64,000 nt of DNA, taken from contig NC_057718.1 of NCBI RefSeq assembly GCF_004010195.1, positions 42,692,902 to 42,756,901 of the forward strand. The letters run 5' to 3'. Source of the stretch: Chiloscyllium plagiosum. Lineage: Eukaryota. Shown here in pieces: positions 24,330 to 38,398 of the stretch (the first letter of the stretch is position 1; every line of letters starts with the position of its first letter). Position numbers and translations under genes: made by a program. The notes beneath the pieces were generated by a model. That model searched no databases, was not told where the DNA came from, and saw only the letters and a list, made by a program, of their open reading frames with translations.

Positions 24330-25665
24330 AATGTTGATCAATAACATGTGGAGAAGCCTAAAGTTAAGGAAAAGGAAAAATTGCTTGCTAGATCTGTTAG
24401 AGCTTTTAATTTTGCTAACATTAAAAATACAGTGATAGAGGTAACATGGGTGCAAAATTGGCTAATAAATAAGCAAAAGGCAGGAAAGTAGCAGTAAACA
24501 GTGTTGTTTTCCAGTCTGCAGTGAGGACCAGTGATGGTCCTTAGAGGTTGGTATTTGGGACCACTGCTGTATTCATAGTCCAAATCTTCCAGTTTCTGAA
24601 TAGTCAGAGACCAGGCTTACCCTGAAAGATATTCTCAGGACCTCTCAGTGCTCCATCCTACATGTTCACACAACATCTGCCAACCTACTTCTCACCCAGC
24701 TGGCACCTACCCCTCACTCACTTGTCATCCTAATCTCCTTATCCACTCCGCTGCACCTCAACCACCCATCAGTCAACCTACCTTCTCATCCATCTACTTG
24801 CCACCCTATTCCCTAATCCACTCAGTTGCCAGTCTACCCTCATCATCAGTTCCCACCCCACCTCCCTGCAACCAGCGCACTATCCCATCACACACTTAAT
24901 TATCTCAGTAGCTGTCAAAGTGGCTTTGAGGCTCTAAATATGGAATGCTGCCATTACTGCCGTAAAAAAGTGTATAGTTGCTGCAACAATCCACTGCAGT
25001 GCTCCCTGCACGGTATGCTCGGCCTCTGTTGGGATGGATTACATATCGAAAGTCTGACCAGAATCAACCTGGACAGGGTTTTGGCAACCTTTTGTCTGAT
25101 CTAGGTTGCAAATAGGAATTCCGATCTCTAACAGAACAGTTGAGCCCATATATATGAATGACGTTTGGTTGGTTGTGTAAGGCATGATTGTAAAGTCTGC
25201 AGATAACATGCAATTGTATTAAACATTGAGGGGATGTCAAGAGTCCACAGACAAACTAGAGAATTGGGCAAACATACAGCAAATGTAATTAACATGGAAA
25301 AGTGGAAAGTGATATCTTGTGTTCAGAAAAGTTAAGACACAATTTGACAGAAGTGTTCAAAGTTATGATGAGAGTAAAGTAAATAGGAATAATTTTGTCT
25401 GGTTACAGAAGGATTGGTAGCCAAGGTAAATGGATGTAAGGTGATGATGGAGAAAGCCAAAGACAACATGAGAAAACATTTTACTTGACACAGCAACTTG
25501 TTGTGACCTGGAATGTACTGCCTGCAAATTGTTGTTAAGCAGATGCAGTACAGTCCTAGGGCACTGGGGAAATAATGGAAGTAGAGTTACATCAGTAAGT
25601 ACACAAAAAAAACTGACAAAGGTATGTTGGGCCAAAAGGTCTCCATTGATGCCATATTATTCTGT
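24330..25665 (+). mobile_element. Old CR1 RT and 3' fragments, interrupted at ~24590-25140
   Basis: Degenerate WVQNWL, P*RLVFGPLL, YMNDV, KSADN motifs and a CR1 3' tail. Confidence 0.6.
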
Positions 25666-28045
25666 GATGTTACTGCTTGGGTAGACTTCTTAATAATAGT
25701 TCTCTGAATAAAATTTACTTATCTGCTAACTTCTTTCTCTTTATTCTATGAAGGGAGAAAACTCAATTTAAGTAGCCCATTGGTACTCACTGCTGCACAC
25801 CTCCTCTCCATGTATAGTCCTCCACAGATGTTTGAACCCCTTCACACTTAACATACCAGTTCTGCTTCGTTGCTAAAGTTGAAATATATACAATGATAAA
25901 TATTGAAATTTAACTTTTGCCTTTGATGGGGAATACACAATAGAAAGAGAGAGGCTTCCTCTTCATTAGAAGGAAGACTGTCCTAAAACTTAGAGGAACA
26001 TGTTTTCAGTGTGTTCTGTAGGTTTTATAAAGTTCAGAGCTACCATGCTTAGTAATTGGATGCTCTTAATATATATGATTTACAAAATGCTGTCCTTTCA
26101 TAATGCAATATTGTATTGTGTTTATATGTGTTGAATAATTTAAAAGTATCTCAATATATTATTGTGATGTTACACACAAGCACTTCTTTTGTCATTCTCA
26201 AAAGTAATAGACTGGGTTTAACAATCTTCCCCCAGCAGTGAATTTAAAGGCATGGCAACTCATTAAATCCAGTGGGTGTATTGCCCACTGTCTTCCCACC
26301 TGTCCTGCATCACCTCAATTATACCAGTACTGACAGGCAGTAGATCAATTGAGGCATTTCAGTAGGCTGCTGGTTGGCAGGGGTTTGGGGTCCCTCCCTT
26401 ACAAGCCCCCTCAGCTCATCAAAGGGCCCTGCACCTCACTGTTGCCTGCCAGCTTAGCCCCCCTCAGTGAGACCCCAAGTATGAATGATCCGTCAACACA
26501 CACCCAAAGTGCAGGACAGTTCCTGGCTTCCGACTGGCTGTTACTTTCTGAGACAAGACATACTGACCTTGAAGGGCAGAAATTCCATCGCCAATCTATT
26601 AATAGCCCATTAGTAAAGGAGGGAGTTGTGGTGAATATGGTACCTTGTGTAATTTAGACGTCTACTTCCAAGCTGTTATCTTGCGTATATTTTAAGTTTC
26701 AAAATTGCAATAGAGCTGTCCTTTGTGAACTGTAATTTCAGAAAACTGAATAAAAATGAGATGCTGGAAATCTAATATTTTTCATCATTAAAAATTGATT
26801 TATTGATTACTTTCATAAATTTATTTTGAAATTTTATCTCATGCATGTTAGGTGAAGCATAGGTTTCCAGCCAGAAGTGGTGTGATCTTTCGTTATTGAA
26901 GCTATATATTGTAATTATCAATGCACAGATCAAAAGGATTGATGTTAAATATCAAAGTATAAATAAATTGTTGAAAAATCTTCCAAGGAACCTCCAGTTA
27001 ACATTAGTATAAGTGAGACTTACATTTATGTTGTATCTTTCAAAACTGGGATGAGTTAATAGATAAAAAAACACTATAGATTAATAGCATTTGAAATGTG
27101 CTTATATAAAGTTTGTATGTAACATTTTACAACACTGTATCCAATTAAAATGTACAATGTACTGGTATTTGTTTAAAAACAAGAAAAACAAATTCACCAA
27201 AATCATGATTGTTGACAATTGTCATTCAGAAGCATTTCTTGTTATTAAATATATATTTTTTGCTCTCACCTTGTCTGATGATCAAACTAGTATTCTTTGG
27301 AAAGATAAATGGTTCATTTATGCTGATGGAACAAGACTGCCTTTCAGGCTGTCATTGATTTTAAATTAAAAAGTAACTGCTGTGTTCTACATGAAGAGTG
27401 ACAACAATAACAAAGTAGTCCTTACTTAGTGTTATTTGTTGCAAGTATAGCATGTCTTTCTATGAGAAAATAAAAGATGCCTGAGTACCTTAATCTCCAT
27501 GATCAATAGTGTAGATATCTCAATGCAGCATAACAGATAATCAATTCTTTGCAAAATTACTGAAGCAAAGCTCTCTGCTAAGCCTGTACCTTGGGTGCTC
27601 ATGGGGTCTTCAGGTTCAATTGGAGGTCTATCTAAAAGATTCATTTCAATTTTTGCCCGTTTGTGCGTTAATGAATGCGATGCTGACAGTGAAGTATTAG
27701 TGGCCAATTGAAATCTCAGCAACTGTATTGTAATCCCTATAGATAATTAATCTCCAACATTTGCCTGTCAAAGCAGTGCTGCTTGATTTTATGTGGAGCT
27801 GGAAAGATTGCCAGTTTTGAAAATTAAAAAGCATTCCTTTTATATTATTCATTCTGGTAACAATTTATGATGCAGCTTGGCTGCTGAGTAGTTGTCCAAA
27901 AGCATAATTATGTTTTGATATAAACAAGATTGGTAGCTTTATTATGCAGCTACATCTTCATTGTGGGTGTTTTGATTCAGCATTAGATCATACAGGCTTT
28001 GTATTTGTATGGAGACAGGCAGTGGTGTTTTGTCCCAGTTAATAA

Positions 28046-28213
<168 letters not shown>

Positions 28214-30026
28214 TAATACAACATTTTAATGGACTATTTGTCTTAATAAGTTAATCTCAGAAGTTTCTATGTGTTAACCTTCTGTTGAAGTCTTGCCACC
28301 TTGTAAAGGAAATTCAATCATGACACTGATTTTGTTTTCAGCATAATTTGTGAACATATTTGTCATCACATTTTCAGCAGTATTCCCCCCCCCCCCCCCC
28401 CCACCACCCCCAGTGTTTCACACATATCTTTTTCTCTCTCTATAGTAAAGAGGGCAGATCCTCATCAAATTTTTACAAAACAATATAGAGGTCTGTCATG
28501 TTAGTTTAAAGCAAACTAACTAATTGTTTTGTCCTTAAACATACACATTTCCTTTAACTGACAGATTTATGAAAGCACAGGAGCTGATCGTTGAACATAA
28601 ACCATCTGGTGTGGGCATTGTACAAAGCCCTTCATGTACTGAAAGAAATGTTATCACATCAACATGTAGCTGGTCACTTACTGCTAATTTTGTCCAAAGG
28701 TTAATGCCCAGTTATCATGTAGCCAGTGCAATACTTTAATGTTATGCCAGTTAACTATACCAGTTTTATTTGAAGGGAAAAGCAAACTGGAGGATTGTCC
28801 ATTTGGAGAACAAAGGTTACCCTCATGAGATACTTGCAGCATCCAAGTATAGGTCAGAATGCTGAGGTATCTGAACCCATGCAACAGTCAGGGTCATTTT
28901 GAACTTTTTGAAAATTGCTGAAAAGAGGACAGATTCACAAAGCTTTTCATTTAGCATTCCTCAGGACAAACACAAGAATGCCAAATTTCAAACAGTTGCA
29001 AAAATTTATTCTACAGGAGAAAAGGGTACAGACTGATTCACAAGTTTACTGTGGCTGAGGTGATACTGTGAGAAAGCATGCAGAATCAATAAGCTGTCTG
29101 TATAGATGCACAACTTAAACATATTCCTTTTTGTTTGCATAGATTGGATCTCTGCATAAGGGCACATGTTGCTTCTAAGTGAGCTATGTTATGGGTTTAA
29201 TTGGTTGTCTTAAATTGGTTGTAGAGATTAGGACAGTCAGGATTGGTCAGTACTTGCTCAACGATCTCATCTAGCAGTAGAGATTTTGTTTTTTGTTTTG
29301 CATCTACAGGCAGAGTACTCTCTATAATCTGCCTATTATGAACGACTGAAGGACGGTGGTGTTTGATTCAATCAGCTACTGACTAGAAAACGCAGCCTGA
29401 ATACCTGGCATCACAGCAGCATTGAAACTCATGCAAGGTGTTGCTCAGTTATGTGGCTGGTTGCACATCTCTCTGGACTGATAGAGGTATCCTGTAACCA
29501 GAAAACACAACTGACATAGTCTCTGGTAAAGCAAGCCATTTCATGCTACCATTAAAAGTAAATAAACATACAATGGTCTCCGTCTCACTCTTTATAGTAA
29601 CCTACTTCACACTCCAGCAGCCCTCTAGGTATTAAAACTTCTTTGTGGCTGATTTCTCTTTCTCACAATGATGACTTTCCCTTCTTTCTAGACTTAAATG
29701 ATGATAACTGCCTTTCCAGCCAAAGACTATATTCTTTACCTGTCAAAATATTTCAGAATGTTGAAAGTCTCTGTTAGATTTCTTCATTAATTTTCTATTC
29801 TAATGAACTTTTCTCATAAATAAAATTCTTATTAGAATGTCATGTTGATCAGTTCTGCACACTCTCCATGGTCTTGCAACTAACTCAGCCATACTGTTGT
29901 GGTTGGTTAATTTTTCCTGTGTTCAAGCATCTTTACTGATACTGGATGTAGGTTTGCTCGCTGAGCTGGAAGGTTCATTTCCAGACATTTTGTCACCCTA
30001 CTAGGTAACATCTTCTAGGTAACACT

Positions 30027-30338
30027 GGGCGGCACGGTGGCACAGTGGTTAGCACTGCTGCCTCACAGTGCCTGAGACCCAGGTTCAATTCCCGCCTCAG
30101 GCGACTGACTGTGTGGAGTTTGCATGCTCTCCCCGTGTCTGCGTGGGTTTCCTCCGGGTGCTCCGGTTTCCTCCCACAGTCCAAAGATGTGCAGGTTAGG
30201 TGAATTGGCCATGCTAAATTGCCCATAGTGTTAGGTAAGGAGTAAATGTAGGGGCATGGGTGGGTTGCGCTTCGGCAGGTCGGTGTGGACTTGTTGGGCC
30301 GAAGGGCCTGTTTCCACACTGTAATGTAATCTAAAAAA
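30027..30338 (+). mobile_element. HE1 SINE nested in the Penelope inverted pLTR
   Basis: Same head, V-domain and tail as the 10168 copy; TSD ATCTTC (30010-30015 / 30339-30344). Confidence 0.95.
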
Positions 30339-30593
30339 ATCTTCAGTGGGCCTCAGGCGAAGCACTGTACATGATTCCTGCTTTCTATTTATATGTTTGG
30401 GTTTCTTTAGGTTGGTGACATCATGGAATGTCACCGAAACTCTATATCAACAAACACATCGAGTTAGACCCCATCTACCATCCCTTGAGAAAAAGAACTG
30501 GAAATGACATCACAGGAAATGACATCACCAATCCAAAGAAACCCAAACATATAAATAGAAAGCAGGAATCATGTACAGTGCTTCGCCTGAGAC

Positions 30594-30633
30594 CCACTGA
30601 AGATGTTACCTAGTAGGGTGATGAAACGTCTAG
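30594..30633 (+). ncRNA. Minimal type I hammerhead ribozyme motif in the Penelope pLTR
   Basis: CCA-CTGAAGA (30597-30603)-T-GTTACC TAGTAG GGTGAT-GAAACGTC (30623-30630)-TAG. The inverted copy has GGTGAC and TGG, which restore stem II and stem I pairing in the consensus. Confidence 0.72.
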
Positions 30634-33600
30634 AAATGAACCTTCCAGCTCAGCGAGCAAACCTACATCCAAATCCTCAACCTGAGCTACAAATCTTCTC
30701 AAAAAAAAATTTACTGATAATTGCTGAAAGGTTATAGATAGGCTGAATATGGCATTTCTTACCAGTGAACACACTTTGTAGATCCACAGAATTGAATACA
30801 ATAACTCAGAAAATAGAACCTCTTATAAATAAACTGAAGGTCTCTGTTTGGAATTAGGATATGCATTGGAAATTAGCTGAACCTCACTTTGCCATTTATT
30901 TCAAGGTTATTTGGGATGCAGATTATTTTGATCAATGACTGTACAAACCCAGTTAGTGGCTTGCTCCATACTTCGACCCTAACATTGCAGCATGCTTAGT
31001 GTGAGTGGAATAAATCGGTAGAAGCAGCAGGAGGGTTAGTAACAAGTGCCTGCCCTTGACTCTAGCTGATTTTATACAGGCACTGATTGGGGCTTAAATA
31101 ATGTGCACACTATTTGCAGCCCTTTGGTACTGGACAAGTTCAAAGATGCTACTGGTCACCACAGATTAAATAATTGCAGTCAGGTCTTGAAAACCGTGTG
31201 CAACTATGGTGCTCAGCTGACCCATCTATTAAACAAACATTAACTGCTAGTCAGCATATCTTCAGGAGCTAATCCTACTGTATGATTCTGTAGACATTTC
31301 CCAGTATGTCAGAGTCATGGGACATTTTCTGCAATTTGAGGGTACTGGACTCCTCCCACTTAAATATTATTTCAAGCTATAAACTACCTCCACTGTTTTT
31401 ACAGAAGATTAATGCTCCCCAAATGCAGCTGTCTTGCAGTCTCCAAAATTGAGGATGTTCTTCATTCTCATTAGTATTCTGATGTTTCCCCAGAGACAAC
31501 TATTATGAGTAAATTGGTGTTTTCTCCTGAGTGGATAACTGCACTGGCATTTGAACTGGCCGCGTGTCATAATGGCATTGGTGATGAAATAGTTGTGATT
31601 CCTGATGCGATAAACATTGTGACAATGAAATTCACAGGTGTGATTAACCTTTAAAAGAAATGTGCTCGGATATCTTACAGGAGGCCATATGTTTACAAAG
31701 CGATAGTTAATAGTGGTCTTCAGTTTTGGAAATATTGCATCGTGCATGAATGAGTTTCCATGAGAGCCAAGTGCTGGTACAGGAGGAGAATAATGGATAA
31801 AGAAATAAACGAATGAATTTTAAGTAGCAGTATTTGAACACAAATATCTGAATTTGCTCACCTTTCCATGTGAGGCTATTGATCTTATTTCTGGAGTGTA
31901 CACCAGTAATTTGAGCAGTGAAGGCTATGTTGGAATGACTGCCTCAGCCACCTATTTTCATGGATGAACCTGAAAGTCTGTTGGCTCTACTAGGTATTGT
32001 ATTTTCAGATACTGTGGAGGTGAAATTATTCTGAACAGTAATATGTGGAGTGTTGAATGGGTTTCTCATTCACTAACAATAGTATATTTAGGGCTATCAT
32101 TCTATTTTACCCTTTATGTCCATGTCTGTTTAAGTAACAGTAATTTTTAAGCATTGCAAGTTTGAATTTTCATCACTCTCAATTATGGTAACCTGCCAGA
32201 AACCGTGTTACCTCACCAAACCCGCAATCTTTAGCTAATGATGTTTTCAGGAGGAGCTGCAACAGGTACTTAACTACTCTTATAAAGGTTCTATGTTATG
32301 CTCAATGGCAATATTGAAAGTTAACCTAACCTACTTTTGCCTGCACAAGTACAAATGTTCAAATGGATTTTATTTATTTAACTGTTACTCAGCTCCCTAA
32401 GCAATGTCAAAACACCATTGACCAGATGGATTTGCCTGCAGAAGCTTTCACAATTTAAGCATACAACTCAAAGCAACAAATAACCGGAGATAACTCTTTC
32501 ATAAGCAACAGCAAATTGCATTTATCTAGCACCTTTTATGTAAAAATCTCAATGGAGCATTCCCAAATAAAGTTCCACATCAAACCACTTGAGGAACCAT
32601 TAGGACAAAGCAAAGGAAAATAGGTTTTTAAGGAGAGACGCAAACAAAGAGAGCAAAGTAGAGATTTAGAGATGCTGAAAGAGTTGAGACAGCTAAACAC
32701 ATGGCCTAATGGAGAGACAAATGAAATCAACTAATAGGAACCCATCAACATCCCTGACTTTCTCAATAAGAGCAATTTTCAGAGTTGTGTTCATTAACGA
32801 ATATAGTAGAATTGTTAACAACTTAGTAACATTTTCTTCCACATTGGTTATACACTTCAACTTAAACAAAAAAGATGTGATTCAGGGATAACACAGTTAA
32901 TTTTCAGCCATCTGAAAAGCAGTACCGACACTTGATTTATACTATTTTTCTCATTGCTGGTATTCAATATGTTTCTCTATATTGAACAACAGAATTAATA
33001 TTGATATACGCAAATATTGATTTCTGAATTTGCAGCTAGTTTTCAGCTCTGAATCAAAGTCAGTGTCACTGTTTGAAATTGCTAGTTAAGTAATGAATAG
33101 CCCTCGTTACATTTGTAACCTTAATAAATGATTTGAAAGTATCTCATGCAGCTTGCATTGGCCATTTGTTTGGCTAGTGAAATCATTTCATTTGAAATAA
33201 CTGTTGTACAAAAAAGTGAGACAGAATTATGTTTTGATTCAATTATCCTAGTAAAATGAAAAATGAATTTTGTGACTTAAGCAAAAAAAGTCACAGTGCA
33301 AATTGTTTTACATGTATTTGGAGTATGTGAAATAGATTATAAAGGTACACAACTCAGTTGTACAGTTAGTCTGGAATTCGGTGATGTAATTGTAAAATAT
33401 TTTGTTTCATCATACTAACCTAATTGTGCACAATTCAAAATTTAGAGCAATACTGCCTACAAATCAAGAGACTAGAAAGAAAACCCTATAACCATAAAAC
33501 TCATACTATTTATTAAACAGTAGTTCTGGTTTTAACCACTGAAGCATTTCGTATCACCACAATATGGCTGCCTATTCAGCATCAATACAGCCACTTTAGA

Positions 33601-35248
33601 ATCCAAATTACGAAACAAACTGCCAATTAGGCTTGCAGTCAGTTGGATAGATTAGTGGCTGTAGAGGCTGATGCAAGATTTTCACTTCTTGAGCCAATTA
33701 TGCAAGTGAATTATCATCCACTGTATGTTAGACATTTTGAAGGAAAAGAAGACGGGGTTGCAACAGATGAAAATTAATATAATGGTAAAGGTGGACTTAT
33801 TGTTTAATATGAACCTCTTACAGATAGAATTTGTAAATAATTTATTTTATGAATAATTAAGAAGTCATTAAAAATAACAATTTTGTTTCTTTAACCCTTA
33901 AGAGTACAATTGCAGAGTTACATTTCCAGTTTGTTTATTGTCAGTGAGTAGGCAGTATGTGATGGCTGTTTTGTCTGCTATTTAGAGACTCAGCGAGTGT
34001 CCTGTGTCACCTCTTTTAGGGAAGGATTGCCCTATCAAGTCCCACTTAGGCCTTTAGCCTGCTCAGTGTCAGGCCTTCCCTGGTAATCAAGGATGAAGAG
34101 AGGTAGAAGTCCTGTCTGTCAATTGCTGCCAGTCAATCAGAGGCTAATAGCACTGTTGAACATTAGCGATACCAGGGATACGGTGACTGCTGCCAGTCCG
34201 ACACCTTTGTAAAACTGTTGGTGATGGTATGAGGGCAGGTTTCAGGTGTGGAGGGGATGTAGACAACAAGAAAAGATAAGGAAAGAATGTGAATGCCGAG
34301 TGCCTTTTGCTGTCTTTTCTCCCCCACTGCAAGAGTCTGCAAACATTCCTGCATGTGTTTACTTACCATGCTTCTTCAATGGCAGGCATCCCACCCACTT
34401 CTGAATCAATACCAGCTGTGGTGATATGAACCTTCAGGTGGAGTTTCTTCCTTACTAACTTCCTCACTTCAGGATGGGGCAGAATTATTTCCACAGATTT
34501 AATCAAGGTGGAGGCAGGAAGACTGTGGCCTCTCCACTTGCTGCCCTTCCATCTGTTTAAATATCCAGCATTCCCACCATCAACTCGTCATGAAGGACAG
34601 TGTTAAGTTCCGCCCAGTGTTTAAATGAGACCATTATCAAAGATAATTTCCATGATGAAACGTTCACCTTTAATGACTATCCTTGCCTGTATTTGTCATA
34701 AGAAAACATGGCTGCCCAGCTGTGCCAAATACCATTTTTCATAAATGTCTGCTCCAGCTATATCACAGCCTCATCACACAGATCTTTAAGTATGAAAAAT
34801 GGAATTTGTGTTTACTTTAAATTCTACATTATTTAGTAACTGTAAATTTGTTCATAAACTATAATTTTTCCAAGTTTAAATATGATCAGCAAATGTTAAA
34901 ATAGCATACAGAAATTAAAATTCAGTACAATTAGCAAATTCTGTTGTTTAAAATGAATCACAGGAAAGCCATTTGTAGAAGTCTCAATCATCCTCACAAT
35001 GTTGTCTTCAGCATACTGTCAGTATGTCTTCAGCATACTGTCAAATTATCAGTTGAAATAATTTGGAAGTTTTCTATTGGAAAAATGATATATATATAAT
35101 ATATATATAATTAAAAGTAACCGTTGATATTATCCCTGAAAAAAAACACATTTTAGTCTTTCATTGCATCACTTTATTAGTAAGATGATTACTCATAGAT
35201 GCTACATATCATTAAAAATGTAATTGGGTGGTAAAGGTAGGTGGACTT

Positions 35249-35515
35249 ATAGAACATAGAAGAATACAGCGCAGTACAGGCCCTTCGGCCCTCGATGTTG
35301 CGCCGATCCAAGCCCACCTAACCTACACTAGCCCACTATCCTCCATATGCCTATCCAATGCCCGCTTAAATGCCCATAATGAGGGAGAGTCCAACACTGC
35401 TACTGGCAGGGCATTCCATGAACTCACAACTCGCTGAGTAAAGAACCTACCCCTAACATCTGTCCTATACCTACCCCCCTTAATTTAAAGCTATGCCCCC
35501 TTGTAATAGCTGACT
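35249..35515 (-). mobile_element. Short CR1 3' end, apparently young (CpGs retained)
   Basis: ATAGAACATAGAA…ACAGGCCCTTCGGCCCTCGATGTTGCGCCG tail; the minus strand encodes RGHSFKLRGGRYRTDVRGRFFTQRVVSSWNALP. Confidence 0.88.
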
Positions 35516-36277
35516 TGGGGATTTTAGCTAATTTGCACTGAATGTAAAGCTATTCTCTTTCAGCATTCGCTACTTGTGTGTTACAAACACCCTTCTTGAG
35601 CAGCAGGAATATTGTATATTAACACTTGAGGAATTTACTGGAAGAAAAACCTGTTTGTGAGATTTAAGTCAATTATACCATTGAATGTTGCTTGCCTAGA
35701 TCATGTGGCATTCTTCGATGTTATCAATGCAAAACATCATGCAAATAAAGGTTTACAGCGCTGCCTGGCCCCCTATGTGGTGCCATTAGAAGTAGTGCTA
35801 TGCAAACAAATTTCTCCCCTTAACCTTTTTTTTCTCAGAGCACATGGACAACACTGACCACAACAATATAAATTCCTAAGAAATTTATTATACAATTTGA
35901 GAACTTTCTCTATTTTATCCATGCTTTGTGTGGCCTCGCAGAACTTGTGGCAGTTCTGGGTTTTTTTTAATTAATCTTGACTGTAATATATGTAATTCAG
36001 CATACTAAAGAGAATCGAAGGACTGAATTTTTCCTAAGTTGGCTAAGTTTCGTTTTCATCAAGTTTTGCTGAGGTTTTCTTGCATGATCATCTAATTAAC
36101 TTAGTTATCACCCCTCTTGTCCAATGTTAGCCCGATTCTCCACACAGTCAAATGTACTCCCCACTGCCAGGCTATCCTGGGATCCCTGGTATCAGCATTA
36201 TCTGGGGATCTCAATTGTGCACCCTTTATTGTGCATACTTCATTGTGCAAAGTGTGGGACAAGCATCTACAGACCAA

Positions 36278-37092
36278 CACCTCCTGATGCTGCCTGGCTT
36301 GCTGCATTCTTCCAGCCTCCTGCATATCTACCTTCCCATAGCACATAAATGGAATGGCTGATATTTCATTGCACGTGCAACTGCATACTTTTACACCTAT
36401 TGCTGTTTAAGCATCAGGCCACACAGGTTACTTTTCTTACCTTTCCTTAGAGGGATCCAGTTATGTAAAAGTTCAAGGCCCCTATCACCTTGACAGCAAC
36501 AGGGATAGAATGACCAGACACTTTTTCAGCTCACAGATCCCATTTCAGCAACTGGTATAGTCTTATGACAGTGTCCCATAGATCTTCTGTCCTTGCTAAC
36601 ACTACCTCGCTCATATGGAGAAAATGGCATTGAGGATGACAATCTCTGGCCATCCTGTACCTCCTGCACATCCTGGAGCAAATTTCAACTGTGACCTTTT
36701 CATGTAGAGGCTGTTCAGCATTTACTGGAGGTTGCTACTGGTCCAGGGCTTGCTGGCACATCTGTCCCTTCTTCAGTTCTTTGTGCCTTCATTGCTTCAC
36801 AATAATAGTATCGATCGGCCCTGCTGTGGTTAGATCTATCAGTCATGCTTGAAAAACAGCTGTGTGGGAAAGATAAAAACAGATAGAAGTTCTTCATAAT
36901 GTGAGCCGTCATCATTGACACCACTTACAAATGATAGTTTAGACTACTCCTCCATACAGTCAGATAAGGAGCACTCCAACAAGGAGGGTAATGGAATGTC
37001 TTCAATGAATGCAAGGTAGACATGCAGGAGGCTGGAAGAATGCAGCAAGCCAGGCAGCATCAGGAGGTGGAGAAGTTGATGTTTCAGGTGTA
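36278..37092. repeat. Pair of inverted Penelope-pLTR fragments (36278-36334 and 37013-37069) 678 bp apart
   Basis: 57-bp arms with 1 mismatch. The right arm extends into the reverse complement of CCTGAAACATCAACTTCTC (3' half of a hammerhead). Confidence 0.8.
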
Positions 37093-38192
37093 GCAAATCA
37101 GTCATGTCTCAAAGATATGGTAGGAGCTTGTAAATGCTGCATGAGTATTGAACACTTCTCCTCCCAGCTTATCAGCACCCATGAAAGGCATCAGAGATAA
37201 TAAGAGCATCTTGCGTTATTCTTACAGTTCAAGTTGGAAGGGAATTGGTTCTGCGTTCCTGTACAGCCAATGAGCTGTCACATTATGGGCTTAGTAACTC
37301 ACAGTTGACTTTTTTTAAGGTTGCCTGGGATTACTTCTGCTTCACAAACAATCTTCAATCTGCAATGGCAAATGATATGTTTGACATTGTTTGTGACCAA
37401 CATTTACACCCCACACAGTTATACAAGTGATATCAAACTGTATTCTCCACACGTGTGATTAATGTAGTTGCCCCTCTACACACCTACAGTTGCTCAGAAG
37501 TGAAACCTGTGTTTTACAGCAGAAACAAACTCCGACTTCACCCCTCCAGGTGTGGTCATAGCTATTTTCCATTTTTAGATTACAATTGGGAATTGAGAGA
37601 TTACGGAATGCAATGCAGATTGCACTTGACACCATGAGTCCCGGACCAAACCTGATCATGGAGAGGTGATATATTTCAAAAGTCATGGACCTGGGTTGCA
37701 TGCTGTCACTGCCTGTGAATTATGCCCCATGGTGTGATGCTGGGTGCCCAAGGTGGAGGTCAGAGAAAGAAACAGGAGTCATCAGATATCACACTGATTT
37801 TCTTGTGGGGAATTCTCTGCATTGAGTTTCTATCCAGCAAGTAGTAGAATGGGAGACTGCATATTAATAAAGTAAGATGAAGTAATGTTGAGGGAGCTAA
37901 TGATCGCTATTCCCTGCTAATTGACCTCTCGCCACTCACTAGTGAGAATCTTGCCTCAATGTCCAAAGTTGGTTGGAAATTGCGATATCTTGGTCTCAAC
38001 ATCAAGAAGGGTGTCCATGGATATCTCATCTGATTTTCCCACATTTTTCACCATAGTCCATATTATGCAGGTACTGGAAGATTCTGCCATTAGGGATACC
38101 TATTCCCAACTTGAAGCCAATGTTTTCACCAATTGTTACAGTTAAATTGCATTTGCATTGTTTTGCAAAAGAAAGACAGTCTTTGATTTAAG

Positions 38193-38398
38193 TCAAACAG
38201 TATGCTGCTGGAAAAGCACAGCCGGTCAGGCAGGATCCGAGGAACAGGAGAGTTTTGAGCATAAGCACTTTATCAGGAAAAGCTTATGCTCGAAATGTCG
38301 ACTTTCCGGCTCCTCGGATGCTGCCTGACCGGGTGTGCTTTTCCAGCTCCACACTCTTCGACTCTGATCTCCAGCATCTGCAATACTCACATTCTCCT
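38193..38398. mobile_element. Penelope-derived fold-back insertion with degenerate hammerhead halves
   Basis: Inverted arms GCTGGAAAAGCACAGCCGGTCAGGCAG / CTGCCTGACCGGGTGTGCTTTTCCAGC; perfect 15-bp TSD AGTCTTTGATTTAAG (38178-38192 / 38399-38413); related to the 10522 element. Confidence 0.85.

Larger units (their letters stand above)
29942..30709 (+). mobile_element. Penelope-like element 3' end with inverted 5' pLTR copy
   Basis: ORF C-terminus INKHIELDPIYHPLRKRTGND (30428-30613). 29944-30015 plus 30339-30423 is the reverse complement of ~30519-30670. 10-bp TSD TTTACTGATA (29932-29941 / 30710-30719). Confidence 0.88.

Noticed and set aside
26564..26572. Perfect ERR response element TGACCTTGA
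   Set aside because: A single 9-mer is expected by chance in 64 kb, and it lies in what looks like an old repeat.
28385..28411. Poly-C run (G-quadruplex potential on the minus strand)
   Set aside because: A simple homopolymer with no other support for function.
35003..35043. 19-bp direct repeat TGTCTTCAGCATACTGTCA x2
   Set aside because: Simple local tandem duplication; only two units, not an array or CRISPR.
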